Source: the human T2T-CHM13v2.0 reference genome, Homo sapiens. Taken from it: a DNA stretch of 64,000 nucleotides. Position numbers and translations under genes: made by a program. Position 1 is the first letter of the stretch. Each line of letters starts with the position of its first letter. The stretch is taken from the NCBI RefSeq assembly GCF_009914755.1, contig NC_060947.1; one strand, written 5' to 3'. This document shows positions 45,792 to 61,071 of the stretch, one piece after another. The notes below the pieces were generated by a model. The model made no database searches, had not been told where the DNA came from, and saw only the letters and a program-made list of their open reading frames with translations.

Positions 45792-46300
45792 TGTATTAGA
45801 CAGCAGCAGATCAGGAAAACAGAAGCCACTTCAGATATGACAACAGAGAGGAATTTTACAGAGAGTCAGGTTGGTGATTCTCTGGTATTGGAAGGACTGG
45901 AGAGTGGAAATGGAGAAGGTGGAATAGCCCAGGAGCCAGTGCTCTTTGGCCTCTACACTCCTGTGTCTCAGCACTGCTATGTAGCCACCTCTGGAGACCC
46001 TGGTCATCTGCTGACTGCCACGCTTCTATGAGCCCCCACTCTTCAGAAGGTCTCAAGTATCCAGGGTCACATACTGTCATATGCTGTTGCCACTGCTGTC
46101 AAGGGAACCAAACATGTCGTTCCAGGAATCCTTGGTTGCTTGCTTGCTGCTGCCACCATTGCTGCTGCTGCTGCTGCTGCATGCTGCTGCATGCTGCCCT
46201 AGCAGCAGAATGGTCTCTACCTTCTTCCTAATTCCTAATCTGCCATGAGTGTCTCCTTTTGGTAGAATCTAAGCAGAATCCAAATGGCAAGGGTATTTAG
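45792..46300. mobile_element. Old ERVL-class LTR (LTR33-like) containing a (TGC)n tract
   Basis: TGTATTAG...TCAGGAAAACAGAAGCCACT start; TTGGTAGAATCTAAGCAGAATCCAAATGGCAAGGG. Confidence 0.5.
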
Positions 46301-46730
46301 GATCCTTTCCTTTTCTATTTTGTATTTCTTTTAAGAAAAATCCTCTTTCTCTCATATAAATCTTTTCAAAGGATCAGTTTTTTACTTTATCAATATCCTG
46401 TTTTTCATTGATTTTCAGTGTATTTTTATGAGATTTTTAATTTTTTGAATTGAATTCTGTGTCCAATATTCCACATATATGTATGTTTGTATGTATATGT
46501 ATATATGTGAGCATATATATACATAGACACTACAGTTATAATCCACATCTATAATTCATTTTAGCTATATACCATGTATTTGTTCTATAGTGATTTTAAT
46601 ATTGTCAGATGTTAGTATTTCCTAACATCCCATGAAATCTTAACTCAGATATTATTTAATAATACTCTCTTTAAGGTCCAGACATATGGGATCAGTTAAA
46701 CTATCTTTTATTATTGACGACTAATTTTCT

Positions 46731-46873
46731 TTTTTTATTTTATTTTATATTTTTTGTAGAGACAGGGCCTCACTATGTTGCCCAGGCTAGTCTTGAACTC
46801 CTAGGCTCAAGCAATCTGCCTGCCTCAGCCTCCCAAATTGCTGCGATTACAGGCACTAGCCACTGTGCCCAGC
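46731..46873 (-). mobile_element. FLAM_C
   Basis: Monomeric Alu left arm; 16-bp TSD TGACGACTAATTTTCT (46715-46730) / TGATGACTAATTTTCT (46874-46889). Confidence 0.92.
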
Positions 46874-46965
46874 TGATGACTAATTTTCTAGTCTTATGAT
46901 TAGAGAAAGCTGTACACATAAGATGTAGATTCTTTGGAATGTATTAAGGCTTCTGTTTGGCCTAG

Positions 46966-47447
<482 letters not shown>

Positions 47448-47841
47448 CTATCTAAACATAGTTGCTATCAACTCTGAATTTTGGGATAAATGATTTCCAA
47501 TCACTCAAGTTACTCTCACATCTAATAACCACATCTATTATATAAATTTGGCACATTGTTTAGATTTGTTTTTAATTTGTTCCCTTTAAAATACAGGTCA
47601 GATATTGATATGAACTGTAAGAAAATTACCTCCTTATGTGCTTTATGTATTGAAATTCTAACAGCTGGTTGAGCTATAATTGCATATTTATTATTGAATA
47701 AAGTCAATGATGTGATAATAACTGACGATTGTGAAAGCTACTAATTTTATATACAAAATAAATTATTAAGGCATTCCAAATAATTGAGTAAATAAGAAAA
47801 TAGATTGGTAGTATTTAATCCAAATATTATACGTTAATGCA

Positions 47842-48191
47842 TGATATGGTTTGGCTCTGTGTCCCCACGCAAATCTCACCTTGAGTTGTAATAATCCCCA
47901 TGTGTCATGGGAGGGGCCTGTTGGGAGGTAATTGAATTATGGGGATGGGTTTTCCCTATGCTGTTTTCATGATAGTGAATAAGCATCACGAGATCTGATG
48001 GTTTTATAAAGGGGAGTTCCCCTGCACATACCCTCTTGCCTGCTGCCATGTAAGACGTGGCTTTCTCCTCTTTCACCTTCCACCATGATTGTGGGGCTTC
48101 CCCAGCCATGTGGAACTGTGAGTCCATTAAACCTCTTTTTCTTTATAAATTACCCAGTCTGGGGTATGTCTTTATAATATAGACTAATACA
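47842..48191 (+). mobile_element. THE1 (B-D-like) solo LTR
   Basis: TGATATGGTTTGGCTCTGTGTCCCCAC ... TGGAACTGTGAGTCCATTAAACCTCTT ... AGACTAATACA. Confidence 0.95.
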
Positions 48192-48438
48192 GTCCATTAA
48201 GAAGATAACGTTAGGAAGAACATTATATCTTTTTTGAGCTAAACTTTAGAAAAATTTAAATAAAATACAAAGCAGAATAATAGAGTTAAAAATAAAATAA
48301 TTATTTGTCTAATTCAGTTGCATTAGATAGGAAGGAAGGCTTAAGACCTTGAGAAGACATCATCAACAACAATGCTCTGTACAAGATGAGCTAGCCCAAA
48401 ATCACCTTGCTTCTCCACCAATGTTGATTGTAACTAAC

Positions 48439-48889
48439 TGTACTGGGTTGAATAGTGTCCCTCCAAAAATCCATGTCCACCCAGAACCTCGGATCGTGAC
48501 TTTATTTATACATAGCGTCTATGCAGATATAATTAAAGATGAGGTCACACTGAGTTAGGGTGGCCTGATGACTGGTGTCTTTATAAAGAGGGCTGTTTGA
48601 AGACATACATATACCCACAGAGACAAGATGGCCACATGAAGATGGAGGCAGAGATTGGAGTGATGCAATTATATTACAAGCCAAAGAATGCCAACGATTG
48701 CTGGCAACTACCAGAAGCTAGGAGAGAGTCAAGGAGGATTCTCCTCTAAAGCCTTCATGGGGATCATGGCCCTGCTGACATCTTGATTTCAGACCTGTGA
48801 CCTCCAGAACTGTGAGAGAATATATTTCTGTTGTTTTAAGCTACCCCGTCTGTGGTACTTTGTTGCAGCAGCTTTAGGAAACTAATACA
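48439..48889 (+). mobile_element. MLT1C-like solo LTR
   Basis: TGTACTGGGTTGAATAGTGTCCC ... CCTCCAGAACTGTGAGAGAATA ... GGAAACTAATACA. Confidence 0.9.
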
Positions 48890-49252
48890 TTGAATATCTA
48901 TTTCATCTCACAATTGTGTATAATAGTCAGTGCAAGAGCAATCTAGTGCTGATAAAGTTAAGAAATTATTTTAGACATTTAATATTAAAGTATAATTTTT
49001 CATAATAAAAGTGAAATACTAATTACATTTTATTGAAACCATTTGAGATTTAATTCTTGTGTTCTAGCAGTTCATTCTATGATGACTGATTTTAGGTTTT
49101 GGTCAAATATTGGTTTAAATTCTGTTATAACTGATCATTTCTTTATTTGCTTTAGCTATGGGTTTTGGAGAGAGGCTTGTTAACATTGCTAGTTATTGTT
49201 ATATATATTACAAGTGTCTACGTTTAGGTGTATGTATATATGTTAATGATAG

Positions 49253-49608
<356 letters not shown>

Positions 49609-49724
49609 CACTCCTTTATTTTCAACCTTTATTATTCTTTTAAGTGTGACTTCTGCAGTAACCATGTGGTTAGAATTTTTTTTTTTGTCCAATCTGAAGG
49701 TTTTTTTTTTTTTCTGAATGGTAA

Positions 49725-50164
<440 letters not shown>

Positions 50165-50599
50165 TCAATTGGGTAAATCAAATTTTCTTTTACTGGCTTA
50201 AAATAATGCATTCTAGTTTTATTTTGGCTATTCTTAATTTTTGTAGACTCATATTTAGGTTTGTTCTCCCCTTTTAGTATTTTTAAAAATTTAAATGTCT
50301 ATATCTTTTCTTAAAACAAAGCAGGTACTTTATCTCTGGTTCTTCTTATTTCCTCTTGTTTCTTGGCTTCCTCTGGTGACACTGAACACATTCTTCTCCC
50401 CTCTATGAATTCTCTAGAGCTGCAGTAAAGGAGGGATATTTCACACCATGCATGCTACTTTGCAATCTTATAGAACCACATATGTTTTGTAACCCAAAAC
50501 TTAAAATACATAAAATAGACAATGAGTTGCTAGAAAAATAAAGGGAGGGATCAGTAGCCATAAGAACAGTACTTGCTTTCTATGCTTCTTTTCCACTGG

Positions 50600-50832
50600 A
50601 ACCATGTTTATAATTTTTTTAACCATGATCAAAATAAAATCATTTTACATTACAACTGGGAACACACATTCATATTAAAAATAAGAAATGAAGCAAACTT
50701 TTCATGAAACATTATGTACTATTATGTTTTCCATTCTATTGTACTCCAAACAAACACAACACTTGGCATGACTCGCTACATTGATTTCATGACCCACTCA
50801 TGTGTCATGACCTGCAGTTTAAAATCATTAAC
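50600..50832. mobile_element. hAT-Charlie (Charlie4-like) fragment
   Basis: ATTGATTTCATGACCCACTCATGTGTCATGACCTGCAGTTT terminal motif. Confidence 0.6.
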
Positions 50833-51932
50833 CTAGACAGTGGGATGCTTTAGGAGATACATCCTGTTTTATCCGTTGGCATAGTGTGCATGCTTGACAC
50901 AGTATATGATTTAATAAATGCGTGTTGCATGAATAAAACAAAAAGCAGGAGAAAAGAGGGGAGACTGCAGCTCAGAAGTTGTAAGGTCTAGGCTCTTCAT
51001 TTTCTCTTTGTATATTAAACTCAGGTGAAAAAATATATTTAAACATAGGCAGTCAATTATTTCTCTGAGGCAGGAGATGTGAGTTACATGGAAAGAGCCA
51101 CGTGTTGTGAGTAGAACCTGCGTGCAAGTAGATGCTACTTGTGGAGCATCATTGAGAGAACATAGTGTATCAGCCCAGCCCCTAATAATGCCACCACTAT
51201 CATCTAGCTTTCTGGGAGTCCCTCATCTGAACGCAAACACTATTAAGAGAAAACTGTAAACGATCTCAGACATTTATCTGGAAGAACAATTGAAAACTGG
51301 GGAGGTAGATGAAGACCAGAAGGAAAGGAAGGGGTTAATGGAAGAAATGAAAATTGTTTGGTATGTTTTGCTGTTTTGCCTGCTGGTTTTATGAGATTCT
51401 TGTAAATATTTTTCCATTCCTGTTTTAGCGCTGGCTTCACTCTTGATTGCTTAGAATGATTGGTTGTGATGTGGGGAGCAAGTGACAGGAGTATGTATAA
51501 GGCTGATGAGGAGCCATGGTTTTCACAGTGGCTGTAGAGTGAACACTGATGCAGAGGCATCTCCACGGTGTTTGTCAACTGTGGCAGCAGTAGTGGCTGC
51601 TGATAATTATGATGAAAAGTTATACATTGTACTTATTTAAGCCTCAGAAGTCCTGTAGTGTAGATGTATGTTTTTGGGTGGTTGCAATTTATTTACTCTC
51701 CCCCACCTCCCAGTTTTATATAGAAATCAAGAAAAACACTGAAGCTACAAACTAGTGGTTGGCGAGATGTTGAAAAGACTTCAAGATTGATATTTATTTG
51801 ATTTCAAGTAACTCAAACACAAGCTTACTTTATTTCAGAACGGTGTGCCAACAAGAATTCTATCATTGTCTGATGAATGAACCAAGCTATAACTTTATAC
51901 TATTCTTACTGGGGTTTATTGATTCAACATAC

Positions 51933-52325
51933 CTGTGGCAATGTCTATAGTGCTCACCAAATAGTTCATGTGCTTCCTTTATTTTCCAGTCTCCCTGGTG
52001 GTTAAATTGAGGTTGTGCAACTATTTCTGGCCAGTGGGCTGTGAGTGAAATGATGTGTGCAATCTCCATTCTGAAGCATTTAAAAGTCAGTGTGACACTG
52101 TCAAACTCATTCTTCCCTCATCTCAGGGCCCATGGGGGCTATATGTTGAAATGTTGGAGTCACAAGATGTAAGAAGCCTTGATTTCTGAGTCATTGCATG
52201 GAGGAAATACCTTGAAACATCTTTTTATCTGAATCAGTCTCTGTGGGAGTGATAAATAAACTTTTGCCACTGAAATTTGGGGGTTTATTTTTTACTACAG
52301 TACAGTTTATCTTATTCTGACTAAG
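51933..52325 (+). mobile_element. Old MLT1 (I/J-like) LTR
   Basis: TTCTGGCCAGTGGGCTGTGAGTGAAATGATGTGTGC, GCCACTGAAATTTGGGGG, TTCTGACTAA. Confidence 0.7.
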
Positions 52326-52327
52326 CT

Positions 52328-53150
52328 AGGTACTTTGCTAGGTACTAGGGATAGAGAGATTAATAAAATATAATCCATGCCAGTAAAGAATTCCATCTGT
52401 TATAGGAGATAAGTACATACTCTTACCATTATAATACAATGAAATAAGTGCTATGATAGAGATAGACAGGGTTGAGTGGGTTTACTCAGATGCAGCACCT
52501 ATCCCTGACTGGGGTGGGGGTTGGAAAGTCCTCCAAGCAAGGTGACATATAAGCTAGGTAAAAAATTAAGAGAAGGGTGTCTAGGTGAGAATAAGCTGTA
52601 TGTGCAATGATAGAGCAAGGCACATTTGAAGAGCTGTAAGTAATTCTGTGCAACTAGAGCATCAAGTTGCTGGGTGTGGGGTGTGGAGTGATGAAAGATG
52701 AGGCTGGAGAGATAAATGAGGATGGATGATAAATACTGTTGGACTCTATTCTAAGGGGGGTTGGAATTCATCCTAGTGAAAGATTAAAGCATTAGTCAAG
52801 AAGGGATATAATCAGATCTATGATTTCTAAAGATCACTCCAGCAATAGAGAAAAGAGAAGAGAGCCACGGACCAACAAGGTCTCAGGAACCCAAGGGGAA
52901 TATCAATATTTGAACCACCAGCAGAAGAAATATGTGGCAGAGATTACAAAAGAGGAATCAGGCTAAGACAAAAAGCAAAACAGAATGTGAATGCAGTATC
53001 CAAGGGAGTTGAGGTTTCAAGAGGAAAGTTGCTTTCCAAAGAATTAAAGTACTCTAATAGCATAAGAGAAATTACAGTGAAGTGGAGAGGCGTGGTTGAA
53101 GTCAAATTTAATAAGTGGAGGAGTGAATAGGAGTAGAGAAAGTAAAGTCA
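52328..53150 (-). mobile_element. L2 fragments
   Basis: GCTAGGTACTAGGGATAGAG, TAAGTGCTATGATAGAG, AGATGAGGCTGGAGAGATA, AAAGATCACTCCAGC. Confidence 0.7.
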
Positions 53151-54789
53151 GTAAAAAAGGTTCTTCTAATAAAAGTCCCGAGTGAAGAGAAGGAAAGCCC
53201 TGTGGCTATTACTTGAGAGAGACAAAGTATAGAAGGAGTTTATTTCTATGTCTGAATGTCCTTCAACCAATCTTCCACAAGGGAATTGTTCACTCTGTAA
53301 AACACACACACACACAGAAACACACATATACACACACCCAATAAAGAAAAGAAAAACTATTGTTATAAACCCGAACCTCTCATTTAATTTCTTCTTTAGC
53401 TTTGTTGCAGAAAACCACAAATCTAGAGGATTCTAATTCTTCTTTTGGATATTACTATATTTAGGTACCTGGATATTGATTAGGAATGTCACAGAAATTA
53501 TGGGCTTGTACCATTAAAGATTTATGGTCTCCAAATCAGCTGGGCTAGATTAGCCATTCAACCATTTCTTTCTTCTCCCACAGTCAAAGTCATTGGTGAT
53601 GGCTGGCTGAAGACCTTGTAAGCACAGAGAGATCTAATGTTCACTTCGAGGAGTTTGTGCTGCTACAGAGGGAACCCTCCTTCTGTTTCCCAAGATCTTC
53701 AGAAATGCCTACTAAATATACAAATTACTCTGTGGGAGTGAGGTGTTTTGAAGGTATGAAAGAAGGAATTGAGTTTCATGTCTGGATTAATGTGGTACAG
53801 AAAACATGTAGTATCTGTCGGATGGGAAAATAAGTCTACAAACTAAGTTGAGTTGGCATAAGCAGGAAGGAGCTCAGAGATGGAGATGGCCATGAGAATG
53901 CAAGTTGTGCATTTGAAAGTCACAAAGGTCCACAAAGTTCTGTGGAAGGACTTTGAGAATGCACAGCACATGAAATAAATAGTCCAAGTTTATCTTAATA
54001 GGCCCTAAAGAGATAGCGAGATCTCAACTGATACCTGCAAACACTTCCCCACTCCCACCCCCATGTCCCACAGAAGTTTGTGTGTGTGTTTCTTTTCCAA
54101 ATGTGCGTAGATGGAATTCTACAAGGGCAATTTCTTCCAGTTAGTGAGAGCAGGGCCAGGGACTAGTACTCTTTATGCTAAACACTTCTGTATTATTTTG
54201 TGATTTATTTATTAATTGTTAAACAATTATGGAAATACACAAATGTTTATTTAATATTAAATAAATTACTTATGATTTATTATGAGCATATATTTCTTTT
54301 GTAATTAAAAAAGGAATGAAAGTTTGGAGTAGAAGGCAGTAAATGGCTAGCTCAGTGAGTGTCCCAATTGGATTTAAGAGAGAAGGGACAGCTCTCTTTT
54401 ATGTAGAGAGATCAGGAATGGCTTTGCAGAAGAGCTGGGATTCAGGTTGTGCCCTAAAGCACAGGCAGGATTTGAATAAGCAGAGTGCTTGAGAGAGACT
54501 TTTCCAAGTGGGGCAAAGAATGTTGGCAATGGCAAGGAGTGTGAAAGTAAGGGGACAAAAGGAGGTAAGGGGTGAGAGTGGAAGGGGAAGCCTGCTTTAG
54601 CTGTCTTTCTGCTTTCATCTCATGATTTGGGAAATATCTTGCTGTAATTACTCTTTCCTATTGTTTTCTCTTTCTGTTTTTTTTTATTTCTCCTTCCCTC
54701 CCAACAAACCTTTCATCTTTTCTTCCTAAAGTTTATTTTTTATTAATACCGCCATGCTTCGTCACTTATCCCTCCAGTCTTGAGTCAAT

Positions 54790-54890
54790 CCCCTTCTTCC
54801 TTCCTTCCTTCTTTCTTTCCTTTCTTCCTTCCTTCCTTTCTTCTCCCCCTCCCTCCCTTTTTCCTTCCCTCCTTCTTTCTTTTTTCTTAT
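54790..54890. repeat. Degenerate (CCTT)n / CT-rich tract
   Basis: About 100 bp pyrimidine-rich low-complexity sequence. Confidence 0.85.
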
Positions 54891-56887
54891 TTTATTGTTG
54901 GAAGTAGCACTTCTGTACTAACACAAAATAAGTTTCCCTGCTCTGGTCTGATACATTTACAAAAATGAATTTCTCTGAAAAAATGAAAAGTAGATGGATT
55001 TTGGTCTGTTTGGAGGAATGCCAGAATGGAAGAAACAAATCATTATTACAACACCACTGTTTTCCAGTTTGCTGTAGATTATGTTTCTTCCTCAACCTCT
55101 GAGAAGCATCATGTTTGAGGAAATCAAGTTGAACAGTCAGCACAGTGCTAAGGGGATAAATCTCAGTAGCTGAGCAGCCCAGGTAATTTCCTTCTTTTCT
55201 ATCGTCCTACAGTTGGTCATCTAGAAATGTCCTTGAGTCAGGAGGTGGACCAGGGTAGGGAATGAGAAGTGAATAACACACATCTGTCCTTATATATGGG
55301 AGAAGAACCCACAGGGTTTGACCCTCTTAGAATTTCATGACCAGCATCTTGGCATAAAGACATCCTTGGTCAAAGATATTTTAGTCTAAACAACTGCCAA
55401 GAGTGGCAGAGATTCTGGGTGTATCCAGGGAACGGAGAGAGAATTAGATTAGGAAATGGAGCCCTATGGTTCGTTCTCTGTTCTGTCTCAAGTGTGCTTT
55501 GGGCAAAGAAATAAAAAGGTGATGGGAAGGTCCAGTTTTGACCATGTGCTGGGCCTTGTGCCGTCACATATGAAACCCTCAACCACTCTGTGATAGAGGT
55601 GTTAGTGACTCCAGCAGAGGAGACACCACAGATCAGGGAGTTGAGGAAGCCCTGGAGCATTTCCAAGGTGGTCACTGATGACCTGAGATTAGCACTCACG
55701 TTATTCTGATGCTAAAACTTATGTTTTCTTTATACCATGCTTCCTCACTTATCCCTCCAGTCACAATTTTCTGATCTGAAAATAAGAAACATGGGAAACT
55801 CTAAGTCCCCTTCCATCTCCAATATTCAGTGGTTTCATAAGTTAGCAAATTCTCTGCCCTTTGCTGAAGGAGTCAATCACTGGCTCTACTTACTGAATGG
55901 AAAGCTTTAAATGAACGCTTATTTTGGGGTCGCATCTCTTTAGATGTCTTCTGCTCCATTTTTTCTTTTATTTTCATCTTTAGACAAAATTGATGAAGTT
56001 TGTCAACAGAACTTTACCCCTTTAAAATTTGCGTGGAGATTCATTGCATTGGGCTATGATTTAATACAATAATTTTAAATTTGGTTGCTTGAAATCCCAG
56101 AAAAGTGCCAGATACAGAATCCATTTCCATAATTCCTTGGAACAGAAACTGTGCTGCTGCTCTTGTCTTAACAAGCCTATCTCTCCAGCAGGAGAAATGC
56201 AACTATGGAAGCTGAAAGAGTCTGAAAGTGTGAGCTCCAGTGTGCTTAGGCATTGAGCATGACTCTTGGCAGAAAAACACTTTGCAGATAGGGAATTAAG
56301 ACCAATTAACAAACTCAGTGAGTGAACCACTGCTTGACTACTGTTGGAAAGGTGACATAAAGGCATTGAGACAGCTTTGATCAGAGATATGATCTTTGAG
56401 ACCTCTGGCAGGCTCATTACTTTCATTATTTGCATTTGTTTGTAGCCAGTAGACATCAGTTCAGATGGTCTTCATATGTCTTTTTGATATAAGTGGATGT
56501 TAGGAAAGAATCAGTAGGCATAAAAGAGGCCACTGGTTTAGTTTCTGAGCATGTCTCAGTTGGGTCCACAGGGCTGCTATTTCTGGGGTAAAGTACTTAT
56601 CAGAGGAAGCCCTGGGTTTCTTATTTCACATTGATTTTCATGTGGTACTTGCTGTTTACGATAGGAAATGCTAAAAATCCAGCCTGACAAACTATGACAT
56701 CATTGAAAAGAATGTAACAATCCGATGATGAAACCAAATTATCTCAAGGTAGTAGTTCACATGGTATCTGATAGACGCCACAGTGTTTCACAAGAAAATT
56801 AAAAATATCCCATGGTGCCTCTATCAATTTGCTGTGGCGCCTGGGATACATTGGCACATAGTTTGAAAACCTCTGGGATGTCCACCG

Positions 56888-57470
<583 letters not shown>

Positions 57471-57599
57471 CCTTACTGACTGTCCCTTTGTCTCCAATCA
57501 GCAAATACACAGCGTTGGGCGATTCCAAGAAAGTACGTTGTATGTAAATGCAATTCATCAGTGCCTGGCTGATAGCAAGTTCTCAAAAAATGCTAATTG

Positions 57600-57722
57600 T
57601 TATTATTATTATTTTTTTGAGATAGTGTTTCTCTCTACATTGCTCAAGCTGTTTCTGAACTCCTGGGCTCAGCCCAGCAAGTAGCTGAGATTACAGGTGT
57701 GAGCCATTGTAAATAGCCTGGC
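57600..57722 (-). mobile_element. Decayed FLAM/FAM monomer
   Basis: TGAACTCCTGGGCTCAG ... GTAGCTGAGATTACAGGTGTGAGCCA ... GCCTGGC. Confidence 0.75.
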
Positions 57723-57745
57723 TGTCATTATCATCACCACTCTTT

Positions 57746-60700
57746 TTTTGATATTTTGATTTTTAATTGTTGTGGGTACATAGTAGGTGTGTATGTTTAT
57801 GGGGTTCATAAAATATTTTGGTACAGGCATGCAGTGCATAATAGTCACATCATGCAAAATTGGATATCCATCCATTCAGGCATTTCTATTTTGTATTACA
57901 AACAATTCAATTATATACTCTTTTAGTTATTTTTAAACGTAAACTTAAATTATTATGGACTATAGTCCCCCTGTTGTGCTATGAAATACTAGGTCTCATT
58001 CATTCTTTCTAACTATTTTTTTGACACCTTAACCATATCCTGTCCTTCCCCCCACCACCAATTTTCCTCCCAGCCTCTGGTAATCATCCTTCTATTCTCT
58101 ATCTCCATGAATTCAACTGTTTTGATTTTTAGATCTCACAAATAAGTGACAGCATGCGATTTTTGTCTTTCAGTCCGTACCTTATGTCACTTAACATAAT
58201 GACCTCCAGTTCCATCCATGTTATTGCAAATGACAGGATCACATTCTTTTTTTATTACTGAATATTACTCCATTGTGTAAAAGTACCATATTTTCTTTAT
58301 CCATTCATCTGTTGATGGACACTTAGGTTGCTTCCAAATGTTGGCTATTTTGAACAGCGCTGCAACAAACAGGGGAATGCAGATCTCTTCAATATACTGA
58401 TTTCCTTTCTTTTGGATATAAACCCAGCAGTGGGATTGCTCAATCATATAGTAGCTCAATTTTTAGTTTTTGGAGGAACTTCCAAATTATTCTGCATAAT
58501 GGTTCTACTAATTTTCATTCTCACAAACAGCGTACAAGGGTTCCCTTTTCTCCACATCCTTGCCAGCATTTGCTATTGCCTGTCTTTTGGATATAAGATA
58601 TTTTAACTGGGGTGAGATGCTATCTCATTGTAGTTTTCATTTGCATTTCTCTGATGACCTGTGATGTTGAGCACCTTTTTATATAACTGTTTGCCATTTC
58701 TGTGTCTTCTTTTGAGAAGTGTCTATTCATTTATTTTCCCCATTTAAAATCGGATTATTAGACTTTTTTCCTACAGACTTGTTTGAGCTCCTTATATAAT
58801 CTGGTTATTAATCACTTGTCAGATGGGTAGTTCGCAAATATTTTCTTCCATTTTGTGGGTTGCCTTTTTCACCTTGTTGAATGTTTCATTTGCTGTGCAA
58901 AAGCTTTTTAACTTGATGTGATCCCATTTGCCCAGTTTTTGCTTTGGTTGCTTGTGCCTGTGGGGTATTATTCAAGAAGTTTTTGCCCAGACCAATATCC
59001 TGCAGAGTTTCCCCAGTACTTTCTTTTAGCAGTTTCATAGTTTGAGGTCTTAAGTCTTTAATCCACTTTGATTTGATTTTTTATATGACAAGAGATAGGG
59101 GTCTAGTTTCATTCTTCTGTGTATGGATATCAGTTTTCCCAGCCCATTTATTGAAGAGACTATCTTTTCCCTGATGTAGGTTCTTGACACCTTTGTCAAA
59201 AATGAACTCAGTGTAGGTGTGTGGATTTGTTTCTGGGTTCTTTATTCTGTTCCATTGGTCAATGTGTCTGTTTTTATGCCATTATCATGCTGTTTTGGTT
59301 ACTACAGCTCTGTAGTATAATTTGAAGTCAGGTAATGTGATTCCTCCAGTTTTGTTCTTTTTGCTTAGGATAGCTTTCTTTTCTCTTGCTGCTTTTAGGA
59401 TCTTTTCTTTATCCTTGACATATGGGAGTTTGATTATTAAATGCCTTGAGGTAGCCTTCTTTGGGTTAAATCTGTCTGGTGTTCTCTAACCTTCTTGTAC
59501 TTGGATATTAATGTCTTTCTCTAGGTTTGGGATGTTCTCTGATATTATCCCTTTGAATACACTTTCTACCCCTATCTCTTTTTGTAGCTCATCTTTAAGG
59601 CCAATAACTCTTAGATTTGTCCTTTTGAGCCTATTTTCTAGATATTGTAGACATGGTTCATTGCTTTTTATTCTTTTTTCTTTGGTCTCTTCTGACTGTG
59701 TATTTTCAAATAGCCTGTCTTCAAGCTCACTAATTCTTCTGCTTGAACAATTCCGCTATTAAGAGACTCTGATGCATTCTTAAGCATGTGAATTGCATTT
59801 TTCAACTCTAGAATTTCTACCTGATTACTTTTATTTATTTTAATCTGATTGTTAAATTTATCTGATAGAATTCTGAATTCCTTCTCTGTGTTATCTTGAA
59901 TTTCTTTGAGTTTCCTCAAAACACCTATTTTGAATTCTCTGTCTGAAAGGTCATATATCTCTGCTTCTCCATGATTGGTCCCTGGTGCCTTACTTAGTTA
60001 ATTTCTTGAGTTCATGTTTTGCTGGATGGTGTTGATGCTTGTAGGTGTATATCAGTGTTTGGGCATTGAAGAGTTAGGTATTTATTGTAGACTTCACAGT
60101 CTGGGCTTTTTGTGCCTGTCCTTCTTGGGAAGGCTTTCCTGGTATTCAAAGAGACTTAGGCCCCAAGCCCAATAATATTGTGGCTTTTGCAGACTCCCAA
60201 AGGTACCACCTTGGCGGTCTTCGATTAAATCTGAAAGAATTCTCTGGATTGCTAGGCAGAGGGTCTTGTTATTTTCCCTTACTTTCTCCCTAACAAATGG
60301 AGTCTCTCTGTGCTGAGCTACCTTGAACTGGGGGTGTGGTGATGCAGGCAGCCCCGTTGTCACCACCACTGGGACTGTGCTGGTTCAGACCTGAAGCTAC
60401 CACAGCCCTGGGTCTTGCCCAAGGCTCTTCCCTTCAGGGCAGTGAGTTCCCCCCAGATTCTGGGCATGTTCAGAGATGCTGTCTGGGAGCCAGGGATTAC
60501 AATAAAAAACCTTAGCAATTTACCTGATGTTCTAGTCTACTGTGGCTAAGATGGCCCTCAAATCACAATAACATCTTTCCCTTTCTTCCCTGCTCTTCCA
60601 TAGGCAGAAGAGCCTCTCACTGTGGCCACCACCACCACTGGTTCAAGGGGGGTTCTGCCAGGCCCCTGCCAATATTCACTTAAAGTCAAAGGGCTCTTTT

Positions 60701-61071
60701 GTCAGCCTGTGCTGAATACTGCCAGGCCTGGGACTCCCCTTCAGGGAAGTGAGCTCCCCTCTTTCCCAGGGCAGGTCCAGAAATGCCGTCCAAGAGCCTA
60801 GGCCTGGACTTGAAGACCCCAAGAGCCTACTTGTTCCTCTACTCCACTGTGGATGAGCTGGTACCTAGGGTACAAGAAAAAGCCCCCTTTACTTTTTCCT
60901 CTGCTTTTCTCAAATGGAAGGAGTCTTTCACTGTAGCCACCAAAGCTGGGAATGTGATGGGTCACCCCTGAAGCCAACATGTTTCAGAGTCCAGGGCCAC
61001 AGCATACTCCCTGGGAATCGTTGCTGGTTATTCAGGGCCCAAGGGCTCTTCAGTCAGCAGGTAATGAATCC
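57746..61071 (-). mobile_element. L1MA-type element with 5'UTR and ORF1 start fused to the ORF2 3' end
   Basis: 17-bp TSD TATCATC(A/T)CCACTCTTT at 57729-57745 and 61072-61088; ORF1-like RKLKEIQDNTEKEFRILSDKF and ORF2-like NIWKQPKCPSTDEWIKK on the minus strand. Confidence 0.92.

Noticed and set aside
46028-46231. Cysteine-rich, metallothionein-like ORF
   Set aside because: The cysteine run comes from a (TGC)n microsatellite in an LTR.
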